Shown here: positions 1-10,352 of the stretch, piece after piece | Layout of the letters: the number at the start of each line of letters is the position of its first letter | Position numbering within the stretch: the stretch's first letter is position 1 | Assembly (NCBI GenBank): GCA_027491165.1 | Contig: JAIXWS010000089.1 | Location: 1,071-65,070, forward strand | Length of the DNA stretch: 64,000 nt | From: Sphingobacteriales bacterium | GTDB taxonomy: Bacteria; Bacteroidota; Bacteroidia; Chitinophagales; Chitinophagaceae | Reading direction: 5' to 3' | Position numbers and translations under genes: made by a program | Notes under the pieces: model-generated | Seen by the model: the letters and a program-made list of their open reading frames with translations, nothing else | Told to the model about the DNA's origin: nothing | Database searches by the model: none

Positions 1-156
1 TTGCGCTTCTCTAGTAATGGTTTTATAACTACTGGGTAATGTACCTGAAACGCAGGTGTATAGTTCTGAACTGCTATCGTATGCCTTTACAATTAATACT
101 GGGTACATATTGCCTTTAACACTAACCAACGAACCTGTCCTGAATTTTTGTGCCAT
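1..156 (-). CDS. hypothetical protein, N-terminal fragment (gene runs off the left edge)
   Basis: ATG at 156-154 (minus strand) stays open for 52 codons to position 1 (MAQKFRTGSLVSVKGNMYPVLIVKAYDSS...). No recognisable motif. Confidence 0.3.
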   Translation of the reverse strand, partial: MAQKFRTGSLVSVKGNMYPVLIVKAYDSSSELYTCVSGTLPSSYKTITREAQ

Positions 157-269
157 ATCTTTTCCTTTGAGCGGTGAAGGTACGCTTTAATAATCGTAAG
201 CCTTAAAATATTAGCAGAGTCCAATTGCTGCTTTTTTAGGGTAAGCCGATAAAAAATAAAAAGGCGTCA

Positions 270-277
270 TTTTTTCA
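270..277 (+). promoter_or_regulatory. Bacteroidota-type -7 promoter box (TAatTTTG) upstream of dnaG
   Basis: taattttg lies 32 nt upstream of the dnaG start and matches the TAnnTTTG consensus. Confidence 0.4.
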
Positions 278-308
278 ACTAATTTTGTAGGCTTATAAAG
301 CCGCAAAT

Positions 309-2249
309 TTGATTTCTCCAGCCTCGATACAAGAAGTAATGAACCGCGCCGACATCGTTGAGGTGGTGGAGCAGTTCGTGCGCCTCAAAAAGCGGGGGGC
401 AAACTACATTGCCAATTGTCCTTTTCATAACGAAAAGTCACCTTCGTTTTCAGTATCAGCAAGCAAAGGCATTTTCAAATGTTTTGGTTGTGGCAAAGGG
501 GGTAATGCGGTAACATTTGTACAAGAACACGAAAAAACAACATACCCAGAAGCGATTCGCTGGCTGGCCGAGTTTTATAAAATACCGCTCGAAGAAACCA
601 AAGCTTCAGAAGAGCAGATTCAAAACCAGCAAGTCGAAGAAAGCCTTCGCTTGTTCAATGAATTTGCAGCCTCCTATTTTACAGACACCTTATTGCATAG
701 CGAAGAAGGTCAAACTATTGGTCTTTCTTACTTTAAAGAGCGTGGTTTTAGGGGCGAAACCATTGAGAAATTTAGATTAGGATATTGCCCAGAGGATGGA
801 ACCTCCTTTTACAAAGAAGCTTTGTCAAAAGGCTATACGACCGAGCTGATGGAAAAATCAGGCTTAGTAAAAAATGGAAATGGTCGCTGGTATGACACCT
901 ATCGTGGTCGGGTGATTTTCCCGATTCAAAATATGACGGGCAGGGTATTGGGTTTTGGTGCACGTATCCTCAAAACAAATGACAAAGCCCCCAAATACAT
1001 TAACTCGCCCGAGAATGAATTGTATGTCAAGAGTCGCGTACTCTATGGCTTATACCAATCACGGCAGGCAATGGGCAAGGTGGATGAATGTTACCTGGTA
1101 GAAGGGTATACCGATGTTATTTCATTACATCAAGGTGGGGTAGAAAATGTTGTATCCAGTAGTGGTACATCTCTTACAGAAGATCAATTACGTATTGTTG
1201 GTCGCACCACCAAAAACCTAACCATTCTATACGATGGTGATGGCGCTGGGATCAAGGCCGCTATGCGTGGAATGGACATGGCCTTGTCTCAAAGTTTTAA
1301 TGTAAAATTAGCCTTGCTGCCTGAAGGGCAAGATCCTGATAGTTATATCCAAAGCGTCGGTGCGAGTGGCTTTAACGACTACATCAAAGAACACAAAAGA
1401 GATATTATCGGCTTCCGTATGGAGGTGGGGATGAAGGAGACTGAAAATGATCCTGTAAAAAAATCGAAACTGGTGAATGAAATAGCCGAAAGCATTTCCC
1501 GCATCAATAAAGCAGAAGATTTTGCCCTACAAGATTATTATATCAAAGAGGCTTCGCAACTCTTAAAAGTGGATGAAAATGGCTTGGTAAATTTAGTGAA
1601 CAAATTTATCAGAGATCGAATAGATACCGATCGAAGACCAATACCACAATTAAGCCTAGAAGAAGAGCATGCCATTATTGCTACTGATCAACAAATTGCC
1701 GAGGCCAATAAGACAGCCCAAGATGAAAGCCAAGAATGGCAATTAATTCGGGTATTGATGACTCATGGCGACAAATTAGTTGAGGGTTATGAAAATGCAG
1801 CACAATTGATTTATGAGCGCATAGACCCTGAGATGATTGAATCAAAGGAAGTTTTGACTTTTTTCAAAAATTATTTTGATTATGTAACAGAGCATAAAGC
1901 CTTGCCTTCGCTCCATTATTTTACCCATCACCCCAACGAGCAAATACAAATTCGCAGTGCTACTTTATTGCAAAACAAAAACGAGGTAAGCCACAATTGG
2001 TTAGAAATATATGGCATCGGTACGCTTAATGGTGGCGATAATTACCTGCAAGATATTGAGAGCTCCATTGGTTATTTCGAACTGAAAAAAGTAAAAATTA
2101 TGCAGATTGAATTGCGTAATGAATTGAGTAAAACCAAGGACGAAACTAAGATGCTAGAGCTGATGCAACAGTTTATCTCACTTAAAAAAACCGAACAAGA
2201 AATATTACAACGTCCGGGTACAGTAATCGTGAACGCTGCTTCGCGTTAG
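309..2249 (+). CDS. dnaG: DNA primase DnaG
   Basis: CHC2 zinc finger (CPFHNEKSPSFSV...FKCFGCGKGG). TOPRIM region (YLVEGYTDVISL, ILYDGDGAG). TTG start at 309. 646 aa. Confidence 0.95.
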   Translation: MISPASIQEVMNRADIVEVVEQFVRLKKRGANYIANCPFHNEKSPSFSVSASKGIFKCFGCGKGGNAVTFVQEHEKTTYPEAIRWLAEFYKIPLEETKASEEQIQNQQVEESLRLFNEFAASYFTDTLLHSEEGQTIGLSYFKERGFRGETIEKFRLGYCPEDGTSFYKEALSKGYTTELMEKSGLVKNGNGRWYDTYRGRVIFPIQNMTGRVLGFGARILKTNDKAPKYINSPENELYVKSRVLYGLYQSRQAMGKVDECYLVEGYTDVISLHQGGVENVVSSSGTSLTEDQLRIVGRTTKNLTILYDGDGAGIKAAMRGMDMALSQSFNVKLALLPEGQDPDSYIQSVGASGFNDYIKEHKRDIIGFRMEVGMKETENDPVKKSKLVNEIAESISRINKAEDFALQDYYIKEASQLLKVDENGLVNLVNKFIRDRIDTDRRPIPQLSLEEEHAIIATDQQIAEANKTAQDESQEWQLIRVLMTHGDKLVEGYENAAQLIYERIDPEMIESKEVLTFFKNYFDYVTEHKALPSLHYFTHHPNEQIQIRSATLLQNKNEVSHNWLEIYGIGTLNGGDNYLQDIESSIGYFELKKVKIMQIELRNELSKTKDETKMLELMQQFISLKKTEQEILQRPGTVIVNAASR

Positions 2250-2332
2250 TTTGTTCCCATCACAAGAAACCATCCAATATATTATCCCTCATTCTTTCAT
2301 AGCTTTGGTTTTTATTCCTTAAAAAATTATCA

Positions 2333-3187
2333 ATGAAACATTTATTGTTCCCCTTCGTTCTGGCCACATTTTTATTGTCTAGCAGCTCTTGTCAACAAAA
2401 TGGCCATGTTGTTGCTGAGGAAATTAATGATACTGTAGAAGCTGCAGTGATGCGCCCAAGCCTCGAGCCAATCAACTTAATTCCTGTTGTAGGTTCTCCC
2501 GAATTTGAACAGGCCGAATTAAGTCTGCGTAATGCCAGTGCTATCAGTATAGGTAAAGATTCCACTCGAGTTTCTTTTACTTTCGATGTTAAAAATTACA
2601 ACCTCAAAAATCAAACTTCCGATGCAGCAGGTAAAAGATGTAATAACTCCGATAAAGGGCAGCATATTCATTTTATTCTTGACAATAAGCCCTACAACGC
2701 TTTGTACGAGCCAAAGCACGAAGTAAGCTTGCCCAAAAATTCTGAACATTATTTGATGTGCTTTTTAGCGCGCTCCTACCACGAAAGTATTAAGACAAAA
2801 GGTGCAGCTTTTGTATATCATTTTAAAATTGATGAGAATGGCAAATTGGTAAAACTAGAGGAGCCCAAATCACCTATGTTGTTTTATAGCCGTCCCAAAG
2901 GTGATTATTTAGGAGCGGATTCTAGCAATCTGTTGTTTGACTTCTATGTGTGGAATGCCACGCTGGGTGCTGATTATAAAGTGAAGGCGCAAATCAAGAA
3001 TGAAAGTAATGGCCAAAGCAAAGACCTCACAATCGACAATTGGCAAGCCCTGTTTATTGAGCATTTAGGTACGGGTAAATCGAGCATCAGTATTAGCCTT
3101 GTCGATAAAGAAGGTAAGGCTGTTGATGGTCCTATGACCAATGCTACTCGCTATTTTCAAGTGGCAGCACAAGAACCTTTGCAATAA
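2333..3187 (+). CDS. hypothetical lipoprotein
   Basis: Signal peptide with a lipobox-like LLSSSSC. 284-aa ORF with no overlapping competitor of similar quality. No catalytic motif recognised. Confidence 0.65.
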   Translation: MKHLLFPFVLATFLLSSSSCQQNGHVVAEEINDTVEAAVMRPSLEPINLIPVVGSPEFEQAELSLRNASAISIGKDSTRVSFTFDVKNYNLKNQTSDAAGKRCNNSDKGQHIHFILDNKPYNALYEPKHEVSLPKNSEHYLMCFLARSYHESIKTKGAAFVYHFKIDENGKLVKLEEPKSPMLFYSRPKGDYLGADSSNLLFDFYVWNATLGADYKVKAQIKNESNGQSKDLTIDNWQALFIEHLGTGKSSISISLVDKEGKAVDGPMTNATRYFQVAAQEPLQ

Positions 3188-3216
3188 TATTTTTTATATA
3201 ATTTTCTTACAGAATT

Positions 3217-4440
3217 ATGTCTGATTCTACAAAACATTTGGGTATCGAAACCCTTTGTATCCATGGTGGTCATAGTGCCGATGCACATCGAGCACACCTT
3301 ACACCTTTGTATGCTTCAAGTACCTATACTTTTGATAGTGTAGAACAGGGGGTGGATATTTTTTTAGGTAAAGAACCCGGCTATATTTATGGTCGTTTTG
3401 GTAACCCAACCATTACCGAGGTAGAGCGTAAAATTGCATTGCTAGAAGCTTTTGGCCTTAAGGATGCGAATGGCGAAGCGCTACAACTCTATGCTATTTT
3501 GCACGCTTCAGGGATGGCTGCCATCACCACTATGTTGCTCAGCAATCTTAAAGCTGGTGATAAAATCATTACCCATCCTTCATTATATGGAGGTACTCAG
3601 GAGATGATAGATAAGGTATTACCAGGCTTGGGTATCGCTACGGTTATTGTTGATATGCATAATGAAGAGGAATTGCGTACAATCATCTCATCTGATGATA
3701 GTATCAAAATGATGTACCTCGAAACGCCTGCCAATCCTACCCTTCAATGTATTGACCTCAAAAGATTAAGTGCCATTGCTCAAGAACATCATTTAGTGGT
3801 ATGTGTCGATAATACTTTTTGTACCCCCTTATTGCAACAACCTTTTGCCTATGATGTAGATTTTGTAATCCACTCAACGACCAAATTTCTTAACGGGCAT
3901 GGTACAGCCATTGGCGGTATTTTGTTGGGTAGAGATGCCGGCCGAATGAACTCGGATGTCAAAAAAATGCATCGCTTATTGGGTGCCAACAGCAATGCAT
4001 TTGACGCTTTTTTGCTTACGAATGGATTAAGGACTTTGTCTTTGCGGATGGAACGCCATTGTGCTAATGCGATGAAAGTGGCTCAATTTTTAAATAGTCA
4101 TCCAAAGATTCAAACAGTGAATTATCCAGGCTTAGTCACGCACCCGCATCACCATATTGCCAAAGCCCAAATGAAAGATTTTGGTAGCTTGATGAGTATA
4201 GAATTGAAGGGTGGATTTGATGCTGCTGCTTCCTTTATGAATAAATTAAAAGTCTGTACTAATGCGGTTTCATTGGGTACTTGCGATACTTTGGTATCGC
4301 ATCCTGCATCTACTACGCATGTGGGTGTCAGTCCTGAGCTTCGCCGATCTTCGGGTATTAGCGATGGTTTAATCCGTATGAGTATTGGACTTGAAACAGC
4401 AGCTGATATTATTGCCGATTTGGAACAAGCGCTTTCTTAA
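3217..4440 (+). CDS. PLP-dependent Cys/Met-metabolism enzyme (methionine gamma-lyase / O-acetylhomoserine sulfhydrylase family)
   Basis: Family-typical length (407 aa). PLP-lysine motif HSTTKFLNGHG. N-terminal LTPLYASSTYTF and the GNPT motif. Confidence 0.85.
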   Translation: MSDSTKHLGIETLCIHGGHSADAHRAHLTPLYASSTYTFDSVEQGVDIFLGKEPGYIYGRFGNPTITEVERKIALLEAFGLKDANGEALQLYAILHASGMAAITTMLLSNLKAGDKIITHPSLYGGTQEMIDKVLPGLGIATVIVDMHNEEELRTIISSDDSIKMMYLETPANPTLQCIDLKRLSAIAQEHHLVVCVDNTFCTPLLQQPFAYDVDFVIHSTTKFLNGHGTAIGGILLGRDAGRMNSDVKKMHRLLGANSNAFDAFLLTNGLRTLSLRMERHCANAMKVAQFLNSHPKIQTVNYPGLVTHPHHHIAKAQMKDFGSLMSIELKGGFDAAASFMNKLKVCTNAVSLGTCDTLVSHPASTTHVGVSPELRRSSGISDGLIRMSIGLETAADIIADLEQALS

Positions 4441-4466
4441 TGATTAATGTTGAATGATAAATGTTG

Positions 4467-4495
4467 AATGCTGTACGAAAGTGCAGCATTTTTTT
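4467..4495 (+). terminator. Rho-independent terminator after the PLP enzyme gene
   Basis: aatgctgtac-gaaa-gtgcagcatt stem-loop followed by a T-run. Confidence 0.6.
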
Positions 4496-4690
4496 GTTGC
4501 CTTAGCTTTTGCTCCTCTTCAATTTTATTGCTATTTATATCCTGCCAATGAGTGGGTGTTTTTCAATATAAGCAGCAGCTGCCCATTCTTGTTCTTGGGA
4601 AGGAGGAATTTTAAGACCCTAATTGGAGTAATGAGTATTGATCCTTCCTTTTTCAGGATGACAAATAGTGCTCTGGTAATTTTTTTGTTA

Positions 4691-5323
4691 TTATTTCAGC
4701 TGCAGTTCAGACGAGAGATAACCTTTTGCCGATAAATCCATCAGGCATTGTTGGTAATGTTGGGCAGCAATAAGATTAGCTGAGCGCTCATAAGGATTTG
4801 TTTCATAACCCAAGACTTGTTGGAGGCGGGCATAATTTTTAGATTCTTTGTCCGACTTTATCTCGATATAATGCACAAATTCGTGAATGATTGTAAGGGC
4901 AAGTGTTTCGACACTTTTGTGGTTTTTGATATAGATGCGAATCAGTTTTTTATCGATAAGATAGCAGCCGTATTTTTTCCGGTGGGGGTGGTAGGATATC
5001 TGCACATTTGGTTGATCATGTTTGTCTCCTATATGCAGTATGCACCAATCTACTATTGCCTGCACCAATTTTGGCTTACTGATTTTTGATTTGAATGTGT
5101 GGTTGCTTACTGGTACTGTAATGGCTGGCAAGGGGCTTTGGTGTACATCTTTACTACGGAAAATAAAAACCACTCCCCCTAACAAAATACTGAGGAGGAC
5201 CAAGAGGATGATATAGAATTCTGCGTTAAACAATTGTTTGATTGATGCAGCACAAAGTTGCTGTAAAAAGATGGATTGGTGAAATGAAATTGTGCCTTTT
5301 GATGGCCTATTATTTTGAGGCAA
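4691..5323 (-). CDS. membrane-anchored putative zinc metallopeptidase (SprT/DUF45-like HExxH zincin)
   Basis: One TM helix (FYIILLVLLSILLGGVVFIF). HEFVH (HExxH) preceded by KKYGCYLIDKKLIRIYIK, the pattern seen in SprT/WLM-like zincins. Confidence 0.55.
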   Translation of the reverse strand: MPQNNRPSKGTISFHQSIFLQQLCAASIKQLFNAEFYIILLVLLSILLGGVVFIFRSKDVHQSPLPAITVPVSNHTFKSKISKPKLVQAIVDWCILHIGDKHDQPNVQISYHPHRKKYGCYLIDKKLIRIYIKNHKSVETLALTIIHEFVHYIEIKSDKESKNYARLQQVLGYETNPYERSANLIAAQHYQQCLMDLSAKGYLSSELQLK

Positions 5324-5324
5324 T

Positions 5325-5361
5325 CAAAAAAAGGTCCAATCTTCTTTCGGAGATTGGACCT
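5325..5361 (-). terminator. Rho-independent terminator after the DEAD-box helicase gene
   Basis: Perfect 11-bp stem aggtccaatct/agattggacct (5332-5342 / 5351-5361). On the plus strand it is preceded by an A7 run, which is a U-run on the minus-strand transcript. Confidence 0.65.
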
Positions 5362-5396
5362 ATTGATATGTTTAGTAAAAAACCTTTGAGGGGCTT

Positions 5397-7274
5397 TTAT
5401 CTTTTTGATTTAAAATAACCACCTCTTTCAGAAGCGCCACCGCCATCACTTTTGCGTTTAAAGTCGGGCTTTTCGCTAAAACGACGACCACCTTGCTCAC
5501 GGTCGCTATTGCTGCGTCCGCCACCGCTAAAGCCACGGCCTTCGCTGCTGCCACCACTACGGCCACCGCCACTGCGGCCACCATAAGAGGATGAACCATT
5601 AGCGCCTCCGCGGTATCCGCCACCACCACCAGAAGGGCGACCACCGCCGCCACCACGGCTTTGCTCAGCATCTTCTACGCGCACCTTGCGGCTTTGGTAT
5701 TTTTTGCTGCTCAATGAGGTCTGGATAAAGTCGGCTGCTTCGGCGCGTACGTTGAAAAAACTACTCATGTCACGAACGGTTACGCGCTCAATCATGTTCT
5801 TTTCTACGTCGGTACTTTCGTGTATGAAGTTGATGAGTTTCTCCGTATTCAATCCGTCTTTTTCACCCAAATTGATAAAGAAACGTTTCCATCCCACACC
5901 TGCAGATGCTGGTCCACGCTCGCCACGAGGGCCTGCTGCTGCACCAAATCCTGCATTCAGGTCGCTACTTTCACTATAGTTTTCCATAGTGTCTTTTAGT
6001 TGCAACCATATTAAGCGACGAATCAATTCATCTTTCCCAATCTCATCAAAACGTTCGTGAATAATCGTTTGGTAGGTTTCGGCAAAATCTGCTTTGGGTT
6101 CGATAGTAGCAATTTGGTCTAAGAAGAAGAACAATTTTTTGCGTACCACATCACCACCATCTGGAATGTCTGATTTGTTGAATTTTTGTTTTACAATACG
6201 CTCAATGTTACGGATGTTAGAAATTTCGCGCGGAGTAACAATCGACATACAAATACCCGATTTTCCGGCACGAGCTGTACGACCGCTTCGGTGGGTATAC
6301 ACCTCGGGGTCATCGGGTAATTCATAGTTGATTACGTGGGTAATATCGTTTACGTCAATACCACGAGCAGCAACGTCAGTAGCCACAATGGCTTGCAATT
6401 GCTTGCTTTTGAAACGGTCCATTACTTTGCTACGCATTTTTTGGTCCATATCGCCATGCAAAGGGCTCACATGATAGCCTTGTTTCATGAGCTTTTCAGC
6501 TATTTCTTGGCAATCATTTTTGGTACGCGTAAAGATGATACCATAAATACCTGGTGCAAAATCCAATAGACGCTGTAAGGTTTCGAAACGATTGTGGTGA
6601 TTGGTTACATAGTATTGGTGATCGATATTTTCGTTGGTAGAGTTAGCCACTGTTACCGAAAGTTCTTGCCACTCTTTCATAAAGCGTTTGGCAATGCCCC
6701 GCACTTCATTACTCATTGTAGCCGAGAACAACCACGTATGCTCTCGCGCTGGAGTTGTTTTTAAGATGACATCGATGTCTTCGCGGAAACCCATGTTTAA
6801 CATTTCATCGGCCTCATCCAGCACAACAAATTTTACTTCATCGAGGTTTAGGGCTTTGCGCTCCAATAAATCCATCAATCGACCAGGAGTAGCCACAATC
6901 ACTTGTGGCTTGGATTTGATTTCGCGGATTTGGCCCATAATAGGCACACCACCGTACACCGCAACAGATTGGAATCCGTCGATGTATTGTCCGTATTTGG
7001 CAAATTCGTTTTGAATTTGCATACATAGTTCGCGCGTAGGGCTTAAAACTAATGCTTGTACATGCTTTACGCTTGTATCGATGTAGTGCAATAGTGGAAG
7101 TCCAAAAGCTGCTGTTTTACCGGTGCCTGTTTGAGCCAGGCCAATGATATCAGAAGGTTGAGATAAAAGTATTGGAATTACTTTTTGTTGGATTGGAGTG
7201 GGTGTTTCGAAACCCATATCCGTTACTGCACGTGTCAGTTCTTCCCTCATTGGGAAGTCAGAGAATAAATTCAT
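5397..7274 (-). CDS. DEAD-box ATP-dependent RNA helicase (DeaD/CsdA-like) with a DbpA-type RNA-binding domain and a Gly/Arg-rich tail
   Basis: Q-motif and AQTGTGKT, VLDEADEM, SAT and HRSGRTARAG motifs. The last ~90 aa are RGG/SGG low complexity. Confidence 0.93.
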   Translation of the reverse strand: MNLFSDFPMREELTRAVTDMGFETPTPIQQKVIPILLSQPSDIIGLAQTGTGKTAAFGLPLLHYIDTSVKHVQALVLSPTRELCMQIQNEFAKYGQYIDGFQSVAVYGGVPIMGQIREIKSKPQVIVATPGRLMDLLERKALNLDEVKFVVLDEADEMLNMGFREDIDVILKTTPAREHTWLFSATMSNEVRGIAKRFMKEWQELSVTVANSTNENIDHQYYVTNHHNRFETLQRLLDFAPGIYGIIFTRTKNDCQEIAEKLMKQGYHVSPLHGDMDQKMRSKVMDRFKSKQLQAIVATDVAARGIDVNDITHVINYELPDDPEVYTHRSGRTARAGKSGICMSIVTPREISNIRNIERIVKQKFNKSDIPDGGDVVRKKLFFFLDQIATIEPKADFAETYQTIIHERFDEIGKDELIRRLIWLQLKDTMENYSESSDLNAGFGAAAGPRGERGPASAGVGWKRFFINLGEKDGLNTEKLINFIHESTDVEKNMIERVTVRDMSSFFNVRAEAADFIQTSLSSKKYQSRKVRVEDAEQSRGGGGGRPSGGGGGYRGGANGSSSYGGRSGGGRSGGSSEGRGFSGGGRSNSDREQGGRRFSEKPDFKRKSDGGGASERGGYFKSKR

Positions 7275-7372
7275 TATATTAAGAACTTGTAATTTAGGCC
7301 GCGAAGGTACGATTTTTAATCTTCTTAAAAGTTAAATAATCGAAAGAGCTATGTGGACCATTTGTTTTTAAC

Positions 7373-7404
7373 CAAAAAGGCGAACCCAATCGGCTCGCCT
7401 TTTT
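7373..7404 (-). terminator. Rho-independent terminator after the glutamine synthetase gene
   Basis: Minus-strand aaaaaggcgagcc-gatt-gggttcgccttttt followed by U-rich sequence. Confidence 0.55.
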
Positions 7405-7424
7405 AACTAAATTTCAATAGAAGT

Positions 7425-9623
7425 TTATCCTAAATACAACATCTCGTGATAAGTAGGTAATGGCCAATTACTATTATCTACTAACAATTCAAGTTTGTCT
7501 GCAGCATAACGAATGTTGTCAAATAAAGATTTGATGTTGTTGCAATACATTTCGGCTCGTTTGTGCATGCTCGGCTCATTATTGGCCACTTTGCGTGCTG
7601 CAATCATGGCTTCTACGTTTTCACTCATTGCTTGCATATGCCCGCCAATTACATTGATCATATTTAATTGCGCTTTGTAACCACCAGCATCAACACCTAT
7701 TTCTTTCAAATTTTTTACATTTTCAATCAATAGGTTTTGATATTTCACCGCTGCGGGTAAAATATGGTTAGTAGCAATATTGCCTAAAATACGGGCTTCG
7801 ATTTGTACTTTTTTCACGTAATCTTCAAGCATAATTTCGTGGCGCGCTTCCAATTCTACTTCACTATAAATGCCGTTTTCGATGAATAGCTTTTTGGCTT
7901 GCGGGGTTACTAATGCTGCCAAAGCTTCAGGTGTAGTTTTGAAATTATTTAAGCCACGTTTCTTAGCTTCTGCAGCCCATTCATCGCTATAATTATCACC
8001 TTCGAAACGGATTTTTTTAGACTCAGCAATGTAGTTGCGCAATACGTGCATAATGGCAATTTCTTTCTTTTCACCTTTTTCGATTAAAGCGTCTACATCT
8101 TTTTTGAATTGCTTCAAGGTTTCAGCCATCATTGTGTTTAACACGGTCATTGGCGAAGCACAGTTGGCCGAAGAGCCCACTGCACGGAATTCAAATTTGT
8201 TACCGGTAAAGGCAAATGGGCTCGTGCGGTTGCGGTCGGTATTGTCCATTAATACCTCTGGCAAATGCTTATGAATATCGAGTTTTAATAATTGTTCATC
8301 TTGTTCTGTAAAGGTATCGCCTACGCGGGTTTCTACTTCGTTCAATACTTCAGAAAGGTATTTACCTAAGTATACCGAAATAATTGCTGGTGGCGCTTCG
8401 TTGGCACCCAAGCGATGATCATTACTTGCAGAGGCAATTACCGCACGGAGCAAATCCGCATTATCATGTACGGCTTTAATGGTATTGACAAAGAAAGTCA
8501 AGAACATTAAATTAGTACGGGGTGTTTTACCAGGAGCTAAAAGATTGACACCCGTATCTGTTGCAAGGCTCCAGTTATTGTGTTTACCGCTACCATTGAC
8601 ACCTGCAAAAGGTTTTTCATGCAACAATACACGCAGTTTATGACGTTTCGCTACTTTGGCCATAATGTCCATCAATAGGGTATTATGGTCAACAGCAATG
8701 TTTACTTCTTCAAATATGGGTGCACATTCAAATTGACTAGGCGCTACTTCATTGTGGCGGGTGCGCAATGGAATACCTAATTTATAGGCTTCTTGCTCGT
8801 AATCTTGCATGAACGCAAAAACACGGTCGGGTATAGAACCAAAATAATGGTCTTCTAATTGTTGCCCTTTGGCGGGTGCATGGCCTACTAAGGTGCGGCC
8901 ACACATCATCAAATCGGGGCGAGCATTGGCAATCGCTTCGTCTACAAGGAAGTATTCTTGTTCCCAGCCCAAGGTAACGTTTACCTTCTGAACATTTTTG
9001 TCAAAATAATGACACACATCCACTGCGGCCTTGTCGAGTGCGGTTACCGACTTAATTAAGGGCGCTTTGTAATCTAAAGATTCCCCATTATATGCGATGA
9101 AAATAGTAGGGATGCACAATGTTTTTCCATATCCCGATTCCATAATGAATGCGGGTGAAGAAGGGTCCCAAGCGGTATAGCCACGAGCCTCAAAAGTAGC
9201 GCGGATACCACCGTTAGGGAAGCTCGAAGCATCTGGTTCTTGTTGGATTAATGTATCGCCATCAAACAACTCGATAGCGGTTCCGTCGCTTTTAATGGTA
9301 AAAAAGGAGTCGTGTTTTTCAGCAGTAGTGCCTGTTAATGGCTGAAACCAGTGTGTGTAATGGGTTACACCACGGTCTTCTGCCCAAGCCTTCATGCCAC
9401 TGGCTACCTGGTCGGCCACACGACGCTCTACACGAGTACCATTTTTACGCGAATTCATAAGGCTTTTATACGCCTCATCGCTAAGGTATTCGCGCATAAT
9501 GCGCTCTGTAAATACGTTGCTGTTAAAAATGGCAGTGATTCTTTTGCCATTATAGTGATTGATTTTCTTTTCATCATCACCTTTTAATACTTGCTCTAGA
9601 GCTGCTTGGCGTAAGTGCGACAT
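7425..9623 (-). CDS. glutamine synthetase, type III
   Basis: About 730 aa, the GSIII size. VTHYTHWFQPLTGTTAEKHDSFF and NGSGKHNNWS motifs. The ORF extends to a TTG at 9641, but the ATG at 9623 (MSHLRQ...) is the likelier start. Confidence 0.92.
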   Translation of the reverse strand: MSHLRQAALEQVLKGDDEKKINHYNGKRITAIFNSNVFTERIMREYLSDEAYKSLMNSRKNGTRVERRVADQVASGMKAWAEDRGVTHYTHWFQPLTGTTAEKHDSFFTIKSDGTAIELFDGDTLIQQEPDASSFPNGGIRATFEARGYTAWDPSSPAFIMESGYGKTLCIPTIFIAYNGESLDYKAPLIKSVTALDKAAVDVCHYFDKNVQKVNVTLGWEQEYFLVDEAIANARPDLMMCGRTLVGHAPAKGQQLEDHYFGSIPDRVFAFMQDYEQEAYKLGIPLRTRHNEVAPSQFECAPIFEEVNIAVDHNTLLMDIMAKVAKRHKLRVLLHEKPFAGVNGSGKHNNWSLATDTGVNLLAPGKTPRTNLMFLTFFVNTIKAVHDNADLLRAVIASASNDHRLGANEAPPAIISVYLGKYLSEVLNEVETRVGDTFTEQDEQLLKLDIHKHLPEVLMDNTDRNRTSPFAFTGNKFEFRAVGSSANCASPMTVLNTMMAETLKQFKKDVDALIEKGEKKEIAIMHVLRNYIAESKKIRFEGDNYSDEWAAEAKKRGLNNFKTTPEALAALVTPQAKKLFIENGIYSEVELEARHEIMLEDYVKKVQIEARILGNIATNHILPAAVKYQNLLIENVKNLKEIGVDAGGYKAQLNMINVIGGHMQAMSENVEAMIAARKVANNEPSMHKRAEMYCNNIKSLFDNIRYAADKLELLVDNSNWPLPTYHEMLYLG

Positions 9624-9720
9624 AAATATTATTTTTTGCAAAACTAAAATAATATTCTCCTTTACCTAAAAATTTTTATGATTTTTCTAAAAAATAAAAC
9701 ATTATTTCAAAATAAATATT

Positions 9721-10338
9721 TTACGGCGAGGCTATCGAAAGCGCAAAATCATTGAAAATAAAGCTATTTAGTATTAAGGGCTGGATTGGATTCAATAATT
9801 GAAGATTAATTGTTATGTTGAAGAAATCATCATTTTCTTGCCATTCTATAATGGGTAGGTGCTCAATAAATGCTACACCGCGCCTGCCTTGGTATTTATA
9901 GGCTGCCTCTTTGGCTGTCCAAGCAAGGGTGATTTTTTCAGGCTTATTGTCGCAAAATAATTGCTCTGAAGGGGATAGAAATTTACTTTGTATGCCTAGG
10001 ATGCTTTTTTGCCAACATTGAATATCAATGCCAACACTGGACTCTGTACTCACTACACAAGCTACAAAGGGAAAGGAATGCGAAATAGAAAAATGAAATT
10101 CTTGATGGGCTAATTGGGGTTTGTCGTATTCGTCCTTGATAATAGCATGAACAGGGAAATCTTTATTGAGTTGTTGCAATAAAAATCTCCCTGCCAAAAA
10201 TTCAATTCGGCGCTTTGGATGGCTAATATGCTTTCCAGAAATACTCAATTGCCTTTCAAAAAAATCTTCTGCTTCGCTGATATGCCAAATGGCTGCTATG
10301 CTGTGCAAGTTGGGGTTCCATTCTTTGAATAAAGGCAT
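9721..10338 (-). CDS. 4'-phosphopantetheinyl transferase (Sfp-type)
   Basis: FSISHSFPFVACVVS...VGIDIQ and WTAKEAAYKY motifs. ATG at 10338; an upstream TTG at 10362 would overlap the preceding gene by 10 nt. Confidence 0.8.
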   Translation of the reverse strand: MPLFKEWNPNLHSIAAIWHISEAEDFFERQLSISGKHISHPKRRIEFLAGRFLLQQLNKDFPVHAIIKDEYDKPQLAHQEFHFSISHSFPFVACVVSTESSVGIDIQCWQKSILGIQSKFLSPSEQLFCDNKPEKITLAWTAKEAAYKYQGRRGVAFIEHLPIIEWQENDDFFNITINLQLLNPIQPLILNSFIFNDFALSIASP

Positions 10339-10352
10339 AATTCGAATATCTT

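Noticed and set aside
4454-4735. 93-aa plus-strand ORF after the PLP enzyme gene
   Set aside because: It begins inside the terminator hairpin, has no start context, and overlaps the 3' end of the minus-strand zincin gene.
5372-5671. 99-aa Ala/Val-rich ORF on the minus strand
   Set aside because: It is an alternative-frame reading of the GGN-repeat DNA that encodes the helicase RGG tail, and it lies entirely inside a well-supported gene.
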